Source: Armatimonadota bacterium
GTDB taxonomy: Bacteria; Armatimonadota; SYMT01
DNA: 31,391 nt
Direction of reading: 5' to 3'
NCBI GenBank assembly: GCA_046292385.1
Contig: JBKBRF010000065.1
Location: 1 to 31,391 of the forward strand
Every line of letters begins with the position of its first letter. Position 1 is the stretch's first letter. This document shows positions 8,048 to 20,529 of this stretch, in pieces. The position numbers and the translations under genes were made by a program. Under the pieces are notes generated by a model, which was not told where the DNA came from, searched no databases, and was given only the letters and a program-made list of their open reading frames with translations.

Positions 8048-8875
8048 TCATGGGCCCTCCCTGCGTCGCCGGGACGCGGGACCCCAGCGAGGCGGGGTTG
8101 GGACTTCCCCATGTGCTCCCGGACCGGCACCTCCCCGCGCCAGCGCGGAGACTCTCCGCAGGAAGTCGTACACCGGGCTGATCCCGCCCTCTCCGCGGAG
8201 CAGCTCCGTGAAGCGGGCAGGGTCCCGCTCGGTGCGCTCGCAGAAGAGGTGATCGAGCTCCCGGGTGAGGTCCTCCTCCAGTTCGCGCGTCAGCTCGCGC
8301 CGGAAGCCGGAGCTTCCCGGGGCCACTCGCCGCACGGGGCCGAACCGGACGAACGCCTCCGGCCGCTTCTCGTCCCAGAGCTCGTACTCCAGCGCCAGCG
8401 TGACGATCTCGACGCCGTCACCGGAGGCAGCGAGCGCCTCGGCCAGGTGTCCGGCGCCGCTGTAGAAGCGGACCGGCCGACGGCTGGTGGAGGTCATCTC
8501 CCCCTGAGCGGTGATCCAGAGTGAGCGGCGGCTGCCGGCGAGAAGCCCGCGGCCGTACTCCACGAACTCGCGCCCTCCCCGCAGCGACTCCCGCTCCACG
8601 CCGAAGACCCCGATCCGCCGCAGCATCGGGTAGCGCCGGAGCTGACGCGCGTCCATGGGGGCGTAGCCGTCCCAGCCCAGCACGTCCCGGCAGAGCCAGA
8701 ACCCGAGGAGCAGGTCCCACCAGCTGGAGTGGCTCATGCAGACGAGGCGCGGCTGCTCCGGTGGGGGCGGCAGCTCTCCGGAGAGGAGGACGCGGTGGAA
8801 CGACCGCCGCAGGTACGCGCGCGTGTAGCGGCGGAACCACGCCTCAACCCAGGGATGCTTCTCCGCGGGGATCAT
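8048..8875 (-). CDS. PlsC-like (lysophospholipid) acyltransferase, putative carotenoid acyltransferase
   Basis: HSSWWD (HX4D) motif, LWITAQG and EKRPEAF. Lies within the carotenoid operon. Confidence 0.85.
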   Translation of the reverse strand: MIPAEKHPWVEAWFRRYTRAYLRRSFHRVLLSGELPPPPEQPRLVCMSHSSWWDLLLGFWLCRDVLGWDGYAPMDARQLRRYPMLRRIGVFGVERESLRGGREFVEYGRGLLAGSRRSLWITAQGEMTSTSRRPVRFYSGAGHLAEALAASGDGVEIVTLALEYELWDEKRPEAFVRFGPVRRVAPGSSGFRRELTRELEEDLTRELDHLFCERTERDPARFTELLRGEGGISPVYDFLRRVSALARGGAGPGAHGEVPTPPRWGPASRRRREGP

Positions 8876-8881
8876 GGTGGG

Positions 8882-10426
8882 CTATCTCGCGGCGAACGCC
8901 GCCTCGGGCGCGCCGAGGTCTTCCAGCACGCAGGCCGCCGCGGTCTGCCCGCTCATCAAGACCATCGGCACGCCCGCGCCGGGGTTGACGCTGCCGCCCG
9001 CAAAGTAGAGCCCCTCCAGCCGCGGGCAGCGGTTGCCCGGCTTGAACGCGGCAGTGAGGCCTTTCTGGGTGAGCAGGCCGTAGATGCTCCCGCCCCAGCT
9101 CCGGTAGAGGCGCTCGATCTCCACCGGCGTGAGCATCCGCTCCACCTCGATGCTCTCCCGCAGCCCCTCCAGTCCCCGCGCCTCCAGACGGTCGAGGATC
9201 GCGTCCCGGTAGGCGGGGCCCTCCACGCTCCAGTCGACCTTCTCCGTCCGGTAGGGGGTGTGGACCAGCACGTAGAGCGCGGTGCAGCCGGGCGGCGCCA
9301 CGCCGGGATCGGTGACGGAGGGAGCCGCCAGGTAGCAGGTCATGTCCCGGGCGGGAACGTGCCGGTCGTAGATGTCGTGGAATTCCGCCTCCGGGTCCTC
9401 GCTGAAGAGGAACTCGTGGTGAGCCAGGCCCTCCCAGGTGCGGCGGCAGCCGAGGTAGAGCACCACGCCAGAGCAGGCCGGCTCGAACCGGCCCCGCTCC
9501 TGCCGCAGCGTCTGCTCCGCGGCGGGGTGGTCGATCAGCTCGGCATAGGTGCGGATGACGTCGCAGTTGGAGACCACGGCGTCGGCCTCCAGCCACTCGC
9601 CGCTCTCCAGCTGGACCCCGGTCACGCGGTCCCGCGTCGTGGTGATCTGCCGGACCACCTCCCCGTGCCGCCGCGCCACGCCGAGCTCGTCCGCCAGCCG
9701 CTCCAGGGCGCGGGCGATCTGCCCGGTGCCGCCCAGCGGGTACCAGACGCCCTGGCCCACCTGCACCCAGGCGATCAGTGTGAGGATTGCCGGCGCCATG
9801 AACGGCGAGGAGCCGACGTACTGCACGAAGTGGTCGAAGAGCTGCGCCACGCGCGGATCGCGGAAGTGGCGGTGGACCACCGCATGCAGGCTGGTGAACG
9901 GGTGGATCTTGGTGCCGAGGCGGAGGCCCGCGGGGGAGAGCACTCCGAACTCCCGCAGCAGCTCGCGGATGCCGCCCCACGGCTTCCAGAAGAAGAACTC
10001 CTCCGAGATCTCCCACATCTGCCGCGCGTACTGCAGGAACTCCGGATAGCGGCGAGCGTCGTCGGGGGAGACGCGCGCCAGCTCCCGCTGCATCGCCTCC
10101 GGGTCTTCCAGCAGGTCGATCACGGTGCCGTCGGCGTAGCGGCAGCGCCACTGCGGGTCGAGGCGGACCATCTCCAGGTAGTCCCGGCTGCTGCGGCCGA
10201 CGGAGGCGAAGAGGCGGTCGAGCGCGGCGGGCATGGTGATGATCGTCGGGCCCATGTCGAAGCGATAGCCGCCCGCCTCCCAGACGTTCATCTTGCCTCC
10301 GAGGTGCGCGTTCTGCTCGACGATCGTGACCCGGTGCCCGGCTCCCGCCAGCCGGATCGCCGCCGCCGCTCCGGCCAGGCCGCCGCCGACCACCACCACC
10401 TTCGCCGGTCCGCTCCTCGTCTCCAT
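8882..10426 (-). CDS. CrtI-family FAD oxidoreductase, CrtP/CrtNb-like (diapocarotenoid oxidase)
   Basis: GGGLAG Rossmann motif, FDMGPTIIT, HFVQYVGSSP and GGSVNPGAGVPMVLMSG. Start overlaps the upstream stop (TGATG). Confidence 0.85.
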   Translation of the reverse strand: METRSGPAKVVVVGGGLAGAAAAIRLAGAGHRVTIVEQNAHLGGKMNVWEAGGYRFDMGPTIITMPAALDRLFASVGRSSRDYLEMVRLDPQWRCRYADGTVIDLLEDPEAMQRELARVSPDDARRYPEFLQYARQMWEISEEFFFWKPWGGIRELLREFGVLSPAGLRLGTKIHPFTSLHAVVHRHFRDPRVAQLFDHFVQYVGSSPFMAPAILTLIAWVQVGQGVWYPLGGTGQIARALERLADELGVARRHGEVVRQITTTRDRVTGVQLESGEWLEADAVVSNCDVIRTYAELIDHPAAEQTLRQERGRFEPACSGVVLYLGCRRTWEGLAHHEFLFSEDPEAEFHDIYDRHVPARDMTCYLAAPSVTDPGVAPPGCTALYVLVHTPYRTEKVDWSVEGPAYRDAILDRLEARGLEGLRESIEVERMLTPVEIERLYRSWGGSIYGLLTQKGLTAAFKPGNRCPRLEGLYFAGGSVNPGAGVPMVLMSGQTAAACVLEDLGAPEAAFAAR

Positions 10427-12009
10427 CACTCCCCCTGCCTCCCCAGCTCACGCGCGGCGCGCCAGCCCGACCAGAGCCCTCGCAGCCGGTCGCGCCAGCT
10501 CGCTCCCTCTCGGGCCTCGATCCACCCCGCTAGCAGGCGCGGCGTCTCTGCCCGGTAGGGGAAGAAGTGGCGCCGCGGCAGCCATCCGGGCGGACCCTCG
10601 TCGATCACGCGAGTCCGCACCATCTCCCGCAGCCCGGCGGCGCCGCGCATCCTCCCATAGCCGCTCGCGCCGCCTCCGCCGGACGGGACTGCCGGGTCGG
10701 CGGCGGGCAGCATCACGTCGTTCACGCTGACGACGCCGCCGGGGAGCCGGCGCGCCAGCTCCCGCCCACGGCGGGCGTCCCGCGTCCAGACGCTCGCGGT
10801 AAGCGCGTAGGGCGAGCGCCCGGCCAGCTCGAGTCCCGCCTCCACGCTCGGCACCCGCCCCACCGCCAGCACCGGCGCGAAGAGGTCCTCCCGGAAGACG
10901 CGCATCTCCGGGGTGCAGTCGGCCAGCAGGGTCGGCTCCAGGAAGCAGCCGGGACCCGGAAGGGCGCGCCCGCCGTACAGCAGCCGTGCGCCGCGGCGCA
11001 GCGCCTCTCCGACCGCCTCCAGCGCGGCGGCGCGCGCGGACGGTGTCCGCACCGGGCCGAGGTCGACCTCCGCTTCCTCCGGATCTCCGACCCGCAGCGC
11101 CGCCACCGCCGCGCGGGCGCGCTGCAGGAACGGCTCGTACACCGCCTCCTCCACCAGCACCCGCTTCGGCGCCATGCAGGTCTGCCCCGCCCCGGTCAGG
11201 CGGCTCCAGACGGCGGCGCGCGCGGCGAGGTCGAGGTCGGCGTCGGCCAGCACCAGCATCGGGTCGCACCCGGAGAGCTCCGCCACGGCCGGGGTGAGCC
11301 GCCGCCCCAGCTCCTCCAGCACCGCGCGGCCGGTCTCCGCGCTGCCGATCAGGAAGTACTTGTCGGCGCCCGCCCGGACCAGCGCCTCGCCGGTGCTCCG
11401 ATCCCCGGTCGCGGTGAGAGCCACCCCGCCGAGACCCGCTTCCTCCAGGAGCGCCTGGATCTCGCCGGAGACGGCGAGGGCCAGCTCTGAAGGCTTCCAG
11501 ACCAGGGTGTTGCCCGCGGCCAGCGCGGCGGCGAGCAGCGGCACCGCGAGGAAGAGCGGGTAGTTCCACGGCGTGAGGGCGGCGACCACCCCATGCGGGC
11601 GCCACTCGAGGGTGGAGCGCCGGGGGAAGCGGCGCAGTCTCTCCGGCGCCAGCAGGCGCGGGGCACGGCGTTCCAGCCAGCGGAGCGCCTCCAGCGTGGG
11701 GATCAGCTCGGCGCCGTAGCATTCGGCGAGCGGCTTGCCCGATTCGCGGCAGAGGGTCCGCGCCAGCGGGTCCGCCCGGCGGGCGAGGCCGCGGCGGAGG
11801 GCGCGGAGCCGCTCCAGACGGCCTGCGATCGGGAGCTCGAACCAACCCGGCGCGGCGGCGCGAGCGCGCTCCACCAGCGCCGGCACCTGCGACGGCGCGA
11901 CCATTCGGGCGGCGGAGAGCACGGAGCCGTCGACCGGGCTCACGGAGAGTATCTCCGCGCCGGGGTGCATCCCTCGCGCGGCAGGCTGCTCCAGCACCTG
12001 GGCTGCCAT
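10426..12009 (-). CDS. Aldehyde dehydrogenase, CrtNc/AldH-like
   Basis: PWNYP, WKPSE, AELSG (catalytic Glu), GQTC (catalytic Cys) and EDLFAPV motifs. Lies between two crtI-family genes. Confidence 0.88.
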   Translation of the reverse strand: MAAQVLEQPAARGMHPGAEILSVSPVDGSVLSAARMVAPSQVPALVERARAAAPGWFELPIAGRLERLRALRRGLARRADPLARTLCRESGKPLAECYGAELIPTLEALRWLERRAPRLLAPERLRRFPRRSTLEWRPHGVVAALTPWNYPLFLAVPLLAAALAAGNTLVWKPSELALAVSGEIQALLEEAGLGGVALTATGDRSTGEALVRAGADKYFLIGSAETGRAVLEELGRRLTPAVAELSGCDPMLVLADADLDLAARAAVWSRLTGAGQTCMAPKRVLVEEAVYEPFLQRARAAVAALRVGDPEEAEVDLGPVRTPSARAAALEAVGEALRRGARLLYGGRALPGPGCFLEPTLLADCTPEMRVFREDLFAPVLAVGRVPSVEAGLELAGRSPYALTASVWTRDARRGRELARRLPGGVVSVNDVMLPAADPAVPSGGGGASGYGRMRGAAGLREMVRTRVIDEGPPGWLPRRHFFPYRAETPRLLAGWIEAREGASWRDRLRGLWSGWRAARELGRQGE

Positions 12010-12010
12010 G

Positions 12011-13555
12011 CTACTCCGCCCCCGCTGCTGCCCGGCGCCGGGCAGGTCTCGCCGCCCCCAGGGCTCGGCGCCCGCGGGCGCGGGCGGCGTCCGCCGTCAC
12101 CGCCTCCGCCACGAGCCGTGCGGAGGTGAGGACGATCGGGACCCCACCGCCCGGGTGCGTGGAGGCGCCGACCAGGTAGAGCCCCGGCACGTCTTCCGAC
12201 CGGTTGTGCGGCCGCCAGTAGGCGCTCTGGTTGAACAGGCACGAGAGACCGAAGGCGGAGCCGCGGAAGAGCTCGTACCGGTGCAGGAAGTCGGCCGGAG
12301 TCCACTGGCGCTCGAAGACGATGTCGCTCTCCAGCCCGTCCCAGCCGGCCGCCTCCAGGGCGCGGAAGCAGCGCTCCCGCATCAATGGCGCCGCGGCGGC
12401 CCAATCGATATGGCAGTCTAGATGCGGCGACGGCGCCAGCACGTAGAGGACGTGGTGTCCCGGCGGCGCCAGCGAGGGATCGGAGAGCGTGGGGACGCAG
12501 GCGTAGATCGCCGGCTCCCGGGGCACGCACCGCCGCCGGAACAGGTCTGCCATGACTCCCTCGTAGTCGTGCGGGAGCAGGACGGTGTGGTGCAGCCAGT
12601 CGTCCGGCACCCGCTTGACGCCGAGGTAGAGCAGGTAGCCGCCGCAGCCGCTCTCGCGGCGCCACATGCGAGCGTCGGTGTTGTGCGGCCGGTGCTCCGG
12701 CTCCACAAGCTGGGTGTAGGTGGTCTGGACGTCGCAGTTGGAGATCACCGCGTCGGCCCGGTGGCGCCCGCCGTCTTCCAGCTCGACCCCCACGGCGCGG
12801 CCGTGCTCCACCTCGATCTTGCGGACCCGCGCTCCGAGCTCGAGGCGACCGCCCAGCTCCCGGAAGAGCCGGGTCAGCGCCTCCGCGACGGCGTACATGC
12901 CGCCCTCCGGGAACCAGACGCCGAACTCCATCTCGATGAACGGCAGGAAGCCGTAGATGGAGGGGCACTCGAGCGGGCTGGTGCCGAGGTAGAGGGACTG
13001 GAACGTGAGCGCCTGCCGCAGCCGGTGGTCGTCGCAGTAGCGGGAGACGTAGCTCCAGGCGCTCTCCATGGGGAGCGAGCGGGCGAAGCCGGCGAGGGTC
13101 GTCGGGTGGAACAGGTCGGCCAGCGAGTTGAAGCTCCGCTCGATGAAGCGGCCCCGGGCGTTGTGGTACTTCCGCTCCATGTCCCGCAGCAGCGCGGGGA
13201 ACCGCCCGGCGTCTCGCGCGTTGAAGCGGGCAAACTCCCGCGGCATCTCCTCCGCCCGGCGCATCGGGAGACGGGAGCCGTCCGAGAAGCGGATCTCGTA
13301 GCTCGGGTCGAGGCGGCGGATCCGGAGGTAGTCCTCCATCCGGCGGCCGCACGCGGCGAAGATTCCCTCGATCACCTCCGGCATCATCAGGAGCGTGGGG
13401 CCGGTATCGATGCGGAAGCTGTCCGCGGCGATCCGGTTCATCCGGCCGCCGGCCGTGTCGTTTCGCTCCAGGACCGTGACGTCCCATCCCTGGCGCGCCA
13501 GGTGGATCCCTGTCCCCAGGCCGCCGAGCCCCGCTCCGATGATCACCGCCTGCAC
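12011..13555 (-). CDS. crtI: Phytoene/diapophytoene desaturase (CrtI/CrtN family)
   Basis: GAGLGG, DTGPTLLMM, FQSLYLG and GASTHPGGGVP motifs. GGAGGAGG SD precedes GTG 13555. Confidence 0.9.
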   Translation of the reverse strand: MQAVIIGAGLGGLGTGIHLARQGWDVTVLERNDTAGGRMNRIAADSFRIDTGPTLLMMPEVIEGIFAACGRRMEDYLRIRRLDPSYEIRFSDGSRLPMRRAEEMPREFARFNARDAGRFPALLRDMERKYHNARGRFIERSFNSLADLFHPTTLAGFARSLPMESAWSYVSRYCDDHRLRQALTFQSLYLGTSPLECPSIYGFLPFIEMEFGVWFPEGGMYAVAEALTRLFRELGGRLELGARVRKIEVEHGRAVGVELEDGGRHRADAVISNCDVQTTYTQLVEPEHRPHNTDARMWRRESGCGGYLLYLGVKRVPDDWLHHTVLLPHDYEGVMADLFRRRCVPREPAIYACVPTLSDPSLAPPGHHVLYVLAPSPHLDCHIDWAAAAPLMRERCFRALEAAGWDGLESDIVFERQWTPADFLHRYELFRGSAFGLSCLFNQSAYWRPHNRSEDVPGLYLVGASTHPGGGVPIVLTSARLVAEAVTADAARARGRRALGAARPARRRAAAGAE

Positions 13556-13770
13556 TGCTCTACCTCCTCCGCCGGCGCCCAGTGCGGGCTCCGCCGAGCT
13601 GCGATGGGAGTGGAGTGACTTGTCCCTCCCAATGGCTCCGCGGAACGATCTTCTAAACCAGGGCGCCGCGCCATCGTCGTTACCGCCGCCGGGCTGCGGC
13701 CATTCTATGCAGCGTCCCCCGGGCCGTGACACCGTCCGACGGGGTGCCCCGGCTCCGGTAGAATGAAGAC

Positions 13771-15324
13771 GTGGACTCCCGCTGTGACCTGCTCGTAATC
13801 GGGGGAGGGATCAACGGTCTCGGCATCGCCCTGGAGGCGGCGCGGCGAGGCCTGTCGGTCGTCCTCGCGGAGCGGGCGGACTTTGGCGGCGGCACCACCT
13901 CGGCCTCCAGCCGGCTCATCCACGGCGGGCTGCGCTACCTCCAGTACGGCGAGCTCGACCTGGTGCGGGAATCGCTCCGCGAGCGCGGGCGGCTGGCCCG
14001 GATGTGGCCGCACCTGATCCGCCCGATCGAGCTCCTGATTCCCACCTTCCGCAGCCTCCCCCCACCCGGCTGGAAGCTCTGCGTCGGCCTCGCCTGCTAC
14101 GACCTCCTGGCGCGCGATCCGCTCTTCGCCCGGCCGCGGCGGCTCTCGCGAGACTCGGCGCGAGAGCGGGAGCCGGGGCTCAGTACGGAGGGGCTGCAGG
14201 GCGGATTCGCCTACGGGGACGGGCAGCTCGAGTTCCCCGAGCGACTCTGCGCGGAGCTCGCGCTCCAGGCCCGGGAAGAGGGGGCGGAGCTGCAGAGTCA
14301 CACTGCGGTCACCGCGCTCCTGGCGAGTGGAAGGCGGGTGGAAGGCGCGCGACTGGAAGACCGCCTGAGCGGAGTGACGCGGGAGGTCCGGGCGCGGCTG
14401 GTGCTGAACGCGGCCGGCCCGTGGGTCGACGCCGTCAACGCCCTGCTCCCCGAGCCGCCGCCCCGGCGGATCGGCGGCACCTCCGGGACCCACCTGGTCC
14501 TCCCGCCGCGGCCGGGCGGGCCGCGCGGCGCGCTCTACGCGGCCGCGCGGAAGGACGGCCGCCCGTTCTTCCTCTTGCCGTGGGACGGGCGGCTGCTGGT
14601 GGGCACCACCGACGTCCGCTGCGAGGGGGATCCCGACGCGCTCCGGACGGAGCGCTGGGAGGTGGAGTACTTGCTGGCGGAGACGAACCGCCTGTTCCCC
14701 GACGCCGCCTATACTGATGCGGACGTCGCGCTCACCACCGTCGGAATCCGTCCGCTGCCCGCCTCCACCCGCGCCGCCGCGGCGATCACCCGGCGGCACT
14801 TCGTGGTCGATCACGCCCAGGACGGGCTCTCGGGGCTGGCGAGCGTGGTGGGCGGGAAGCTGACGACCTACCGCTCGCTCGCCGAGATCTGCGTCTCGCA
14901 GGCACTGCGGATCCTGGGGCATGCCGGCTCCGGCCCGCGCTCCGCGCCGCCGGATGCCGACAATAGCAAGGGAAGTAGCGACTTCCGACCCACCGGGCTG
15001 TCTCAGGGGGTAGGGGAGAGGCTGGCGAGGCTCTACGGACCCCGCGCGGCCGAGGTGGCCCGGCGCGTGGACGCCGATCCGGAGCTGGGCCTGCCGCTGG
15101 TGGAGGGGCACCCCGCGATCCGCGCGGAGGTTCGGCACGCCGTCGAGAGTGAAGGGGCCCGGACCGTGGAAGACGTGCTCCTCCGGCGCATGGTCCTGCT
15201 GCCTCCTCCGCCCGGAGCGGCGGAAGCGGTGCGGCGGATCGCCCCGGAGCTGCCGGAGCTGGTGGAGGAGGGCCGGTCGAACCGTCCCGGCGAACCTGTT
15301 TCGGGTGCCCGTGCGGGCGGCTGA
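13771..15324 (+). CDS. glpD: FAD-dependent glycerol-3-phosphate dehydrogenase/oxidase
   Basis: IGGGING, GTTSASSRLIHGGLRYL, NAAGPW, GTTD and GGKLTTYR motifs. Confidence 0.9.
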   Translation: MDSRCDLLVIGGGINGLGIALEAARRGLSVVLAERADFGGGTTSASSRLIHGGLRYLQYGELDLVRESLRERGRLARMWPHLIRPIELLIPTFRSLPPPGWKLCVGLACYDLLARDPLFARPRRLSRDSAREREPGLSTEGLQGGFAYGDGQLEFPERLCAELALQAREEGAELQSHTAVTALLASGRRVEGARLEDRLSGVTREVRARLVLNAAGPWVDAVNALLPEPPPRRIGGTSGTHLVLPPRPGGPRGALYAAARKDGRPFFLLPWDGRLLVGTTDVRCEGDPDALRTERWEVEYLLAETNRLFPDAAYTDADVALTTVGIRPLPASTRAAAAITRRHFVVDHAQDGLSGLASVVGGKLTTYRSLAEICVSQALRILGHAGSGPRSAPPDADNSKGSSDFRPTGLSQGVGERLARLYGPRAAEVARRVDADPELGLPLVEGHPAIRAEVRHAVESEGARTVEDVLLRRMVLLPPPPGAAEAVRRIAPELPELVEEGRSNRPGEPVSGARAGG

Positions 15325-15364
15325 AATGAGCGAACTATTGACCTCTAATAGCGGCCAGGCATGA

Positions 15365-17428
<2,064 letters not shown>

Positions 17429-17431
17429 GCC

Positions 17432-17512
17432 GAAGGATGAGGGCGGAGGGATGAGGGATGAATCCGAACCCTCCGTTAGCGGTAGGTCTTGCTCCTGCTC
17501 TTGCTCCTGCTC
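17432..17512. repeat. 7-nt-period tract followed by a 6-nt-period tract
   Basis: GAAGGATGAGGGCGGAGGGATGAGGGATGAA (17432-17462) and TCTTGCTCCTGCTCTTGCTCCTGCTC (17487-17512). Confidence 0.75.
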
Positions 17513-17657
17513 GCTGGCGACCCACGTACTCCGGCGCGGCCCGGTTGGGGTGATCCCACCTGCAGCTGGCGCCGCGGGTGGGGGCGGGCGGAGCGAGCTC
17601 CAGGATCGGTTCCGAGTGCTCTAAACCCTGTGTCCTGGGTGAAGCGTTGCAAGTTCA

Positions 17658-17693
17658 CGGGAGGTCACTTTGGTGGCCTCCCGCTTCTCTTTT
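17658..17693 (+). terminator. Intrinsic terminator downstream of gyrB
   Basis: CGGGAGGTCAC-TTTG-GTGGCCTCCCG followed by CTTCTCTTTT. Confidence 0.6.
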
Positions 17694-17906
17694 CTGCCGG
17701 TCCGGCGCGCGGCGGGTAACGCGGGCGCGCTCCGGTGCGTAGAACTGAACGCAGCCGCCGCTGCAGGCGACAATTCCGGCCCCTGCCGGGTAGGCTGAAT
17801 CAGATTTCCTTCCCCCACCCTTTCTCACGCATTTTGATTCGCGAGGAGGGGGTATAAGCCACCGTGTTGAACAGGGTAGGTTCACCCGTCAGGGGGCGCC
17901 CGCTCG

Positions 17907-17935
17907 TTGCCGGGGGTGGGGGTGCGTGGTATAAT
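17907..17935 (+). promoter_or_regulatory. sigma70 promoter of ftsH
   Basis: TTGCCG-N17-TATAAT with an extended -10 TG. Confidence 0.75.
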
Positions 17936-17991
17936 CCCTCAACATTCGGTCGGGTTGCGTGGAGCACACGGGAGCCGACGGAGGAGTTACT

Positions 17992-19953
17992 TTGAATAAG
18001 GTTACGCGAAACGTGCTGTGGGTCGCCGCCCTGGTGCTCATCGCCTTCATTGTGGTGAACCGGGGGTCCGGCCTCTTGCCCGGAAGCAATCCACCACAGA
18101 CGATCGACTACTCTGAGTTCCTCCGGCGAATTGAGGCGGGCGAGCTGGCCAGCGTCAAGGTGGAGCGTCACCGCGCCACCGGAGAGATGCGCTCCGGCGG
18201 CACCGGCACCGTTCCGTTCGCGGTGGAGCTTCCTGATAGCCAGACTGAAGTCTCCCGCCTGATGGCGAAGCTGGAGACCCAGAAGGAGCGGCAGCCGGAG
18301 CTTCAGTTCAAGACCCCGAATCCGCTGTTCTCGGATACGCTGCAGAACATTCTTGTCTCCGTCTTGATTCCGCTCGGCGCGATTGTGGTGCTCTGGATTC
18401 TCTTCTGGCGCCAGGCGCAGAGCTCCGGTAACCAGGCGCTCAATTTCGGGCGCAGCCGCGCCAAGCGCCTGACCGACAACGTGCCGAAGGTGACCTTCGA
18501 GGACGTGGCGGGCGTGGAAGAGGCGAAGGTGGAACTCCAGGAAGTGGTGGAGTTCCTCAAGAACCCGAAGAAGTTCCAGGCGCTGGGCGCGAAGATTCCG
18601 AAGGGCGTGCTGCTGCTCGGCCCTCCCGGATGCGGCAAGACGCTGCTGGCGCGCGCCGTGGCCGGCGAGGCGGGGGTGCCGTTCTTCCACATCAGCGGCT
18701 CCGACTTCGTGGAGATGTTCGTCGGCGTCGGCGCCTCCCGGGTGCGCGACCTGTTCGACACCGCGAAGGCGAACAAGCCGAGCCTGGTGTTCATCGACGA
18801 GATCGACGCGGTCGGCCGCCAGCGCGGCGCCGGCCTCGGGGGCGGTCACGACGAGCGCGAGCAGACGCTGAACCAGCTCCTGGTGGAGATGGACGGCTTC
18901 GACCCGAACTCCGGCGTCATCCTGATCGCCGCCACCAACCGCCCGGACGTGCTAGACCCGGCGCTCCTGCGCCCCGGCCGGTTCGACCGCCGCGTGGTGG
19001 TGGACCAGCCGGACGTGAGCGGACGCCGCCGGATCCTGGACGTGCACTCCAAGGGCAAGCCGCTGGCGGAAGAAGTGGACCTGGACACGCTGGCGCGGCG
19101 CACGCCCGGCTTCACCGGGGCGGACCTCTCCAACCTGGTGAACGAGGCGGCGCTGAAGGCGGCGCGTGAGAACAAGCAGCAGGTCTTCATGGAAGACTTC
19201 GACGCGGCGATCGACCGTGTCGTGGCCGGGCCGGAGCGCCGGTCCCGGGTGCTCTCCGAAAAGGTGAAGAAGGTCACCGCCTACCACGAAGTGGGGCACG
19301 CCCTGGTCCAGGAGCTGCTGCCGCACCAGAGCGAGGTACACAAAGTGACGATTCTCCCGCGCGGAATGGCGCTGGGGATCACCTGGAGCCTGCCGCCGGA
19401 AGACCGGATGTACCAGGCGAGCAAGAGCGATCTCCAGTACGAGATCACCACGCTCCTGGGCGGCCGCGTGGCGGAGCAGATGGTCTTCAACGAGATCCAT
19501 ACCGGCGCCAGCAACGACCTGGAGCGGGCCACCAGCATCGCGCGGGACATGGTGACGGAATACGGGATGAGCGAGCGGCTCGGGCCGCTGAAGCTCGGCC
19601 ACCGGCAGAGCAACCCGTTCCTCGGCCGCGACCTGATGGAAGACCGCAACTACTCGGAGGACGTCGCGAAGGCGATCGACGAGGAAGTGCGCTCCCTCAT
19701 CGAGACCGGCTATCAGCACGCCTGGAAGATCCTCGAGGAGAACCGGGAGCTGATGGACAAGATCTCGGCGGTGCTGCTGGAGCGGGAGACGATCGGCCGC
19801 GAGGAGTTCCTGGCGCTGATCCGGGGCGAGGAGCTTCCGGCTCCCAAGACCCCGACGCCGACCACGCCGAGCGCGCCGGCTGCCCCGGCCGACGAGGGCG
19901 ACCGGCGGCAGCCGCAGGCGCCGCCGTTCCGGCCGCGGCCGGAGCCGGCGTAA
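17992..19953 (+). CDS. ftsH: ATP-dependent zinc metalloprotease FtsH
   Basis: Two TM segments, [21 protein letters not shown] and HEVGH motifs. GGAGGAG SD precedes TTG 17992. Confidence 0.97.
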   Translation: MNKVTRNVLWVAALVLIAFIVVNRGSGLLPGSNPPQTIDYSEFLRRIEAGELASVKVERHRATGEMRSGGTGTVPFAVELPDSQTEVSRLMAKLETQKERQPELQFKTPNPLFSDTLQNILVSVLIPLGAIVVLWILFWRQAQSSGNQALNFGRSRAKRLTDNVPKVTFEDVAGVEEAKVELQEVVEFLKNPKKFQALGAKIPKGVLLLGPPGCGKTLLARAVAGEAGVPFFHISGSDFVEMFVGVGASRVRDLFDTAKANKPSLVFIDEIDAVGRQRGAGLGGGHDEREQTLNQLLVEMDGFDPNSGVILIAATNRPDVLDPALLRPGRFDRRVVVDQPDVSGRRRILDVHSKGKPLAEEVDLDTLARRTPGFTGADLSNLVNEAALKAARENKQQVFMEDFDAAIDRVVAGPERRSRVLSEKVKKVTAYHEVGHALVQELLPHQSEVHKVTILPRGMALGITWSLPPEDRMYQASKSDLQYEITTLLGGRVAEQMVFNEIHTGASNDLERATSIARDMVTEYGMSERLGPLKLGHRQSNPFLGRDLMEDRNYSEDVAKAIDEEVRSLIETGYQHAWKILEENRELMDKISAVLLERETIGREEFLALIRGEELPAPKTPTPTTPSAPAAPADEGDRRQPQAPPFRPRPEPA

Positions 19954-19974
19954 CCCGCCCGGGTCGAACGGTGC

Positions 19975-20011
19975 AGAGGCCGGTCCTGCAAAGGGCCGGC
20001 CTCTCTGCTTT
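19975..20011 (+). terminator. Terminator-like hairpin after ftsH
   Basis: AGAGGCCGGTCCT-GCAA-AGGGCCGGCCTCT with a short T tail. Confidence 0.6.
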
Positions 20012-20093
20012 AGAACCGCCGCGGCTGGAGCGACGTCGCGCCGCCGCCTGCGGCAATCCGGCCGGTCCGGCGCGACCGATCGGCGAGCCGCGC

Positions 20094-20123
20094 TTGTGGG
20101 GTTCCTGTAACGCCTGATATAAT
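20094..20123 (+). promoter_or_regulatory. sigma70 promoter of the rpmE operon
   Basis: TTGTGG-N18-TATAAT, with TGnTATAAT extended -10. Confidence 0.65.
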
Positions 20124-20216
20124 GAGCCGCACCCAGCGGCCTTACGGTGCTCGCTACGCCAGCCGCAGCACAGCTTTTCCGGCGCGTGTCGCCGCCATTG
20201 GAGACTTGAGGGACCG

Positions 20217-20450
20217 ATGAAGGAAGGGATCCATCCGAAGTACGTGACGTCGACGGTGCACTGCTCGTGCGGCCACGAGTTCGAAACGCTTTCGGCCGAG
20301 CCGCAGGTGCGCGTGGAAATCTGTTCCCAGTGCCACCCGTTCTTCACGGGCAAGCAGAAGCTCATGGATACCGAGGGCCGCGTGGACAAGTTCATGCAGC
20401 GCTACGGTAAGGCGCTCAAGCAGCAGGAAGCTGCCAAGAAGCGGAAGTAA
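20217..20450 (+). CDS. rpmE: 50S ribosomal protein L31 (zinc-binding form)
   Basis: [23 protein letters not shown] and GRVDKF motifs. Confidence 0.97.
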   Translation: MKEGIHPKYVTSTVHCSCGHEFETLSAEPQVRVEICSQCHPFFTGKQKLMDTEGRVDKFMQRYGKALKQQEAAKKRK

Positions 20451-20529
20451 GTCCCGGTCTCGCGCGGGTGGTGCGGCCTAGCATTCGCTCCACCCGCCGG
20501 GATCGGATCCGCTCCGGGAGACCACGCGT

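Noticed and set aside
8729..10558. 609-aa plus-strand ORF and similar long antisense ORFs (13705..15138, 15461..17095, 21443..22822, 28715..30910)
   Set aside because: Antisense shadows of well-supported genes, expected in high-GC DNA, with no recognisable motifs.
17489..17719. 76-aa ORF beginning MLLLLLLL, resembling a signal or leader peptide
   Set aside because: The Leu run is simply the translation of the hexamer repeat, there is no SD, and the ORF crosses a terminator.
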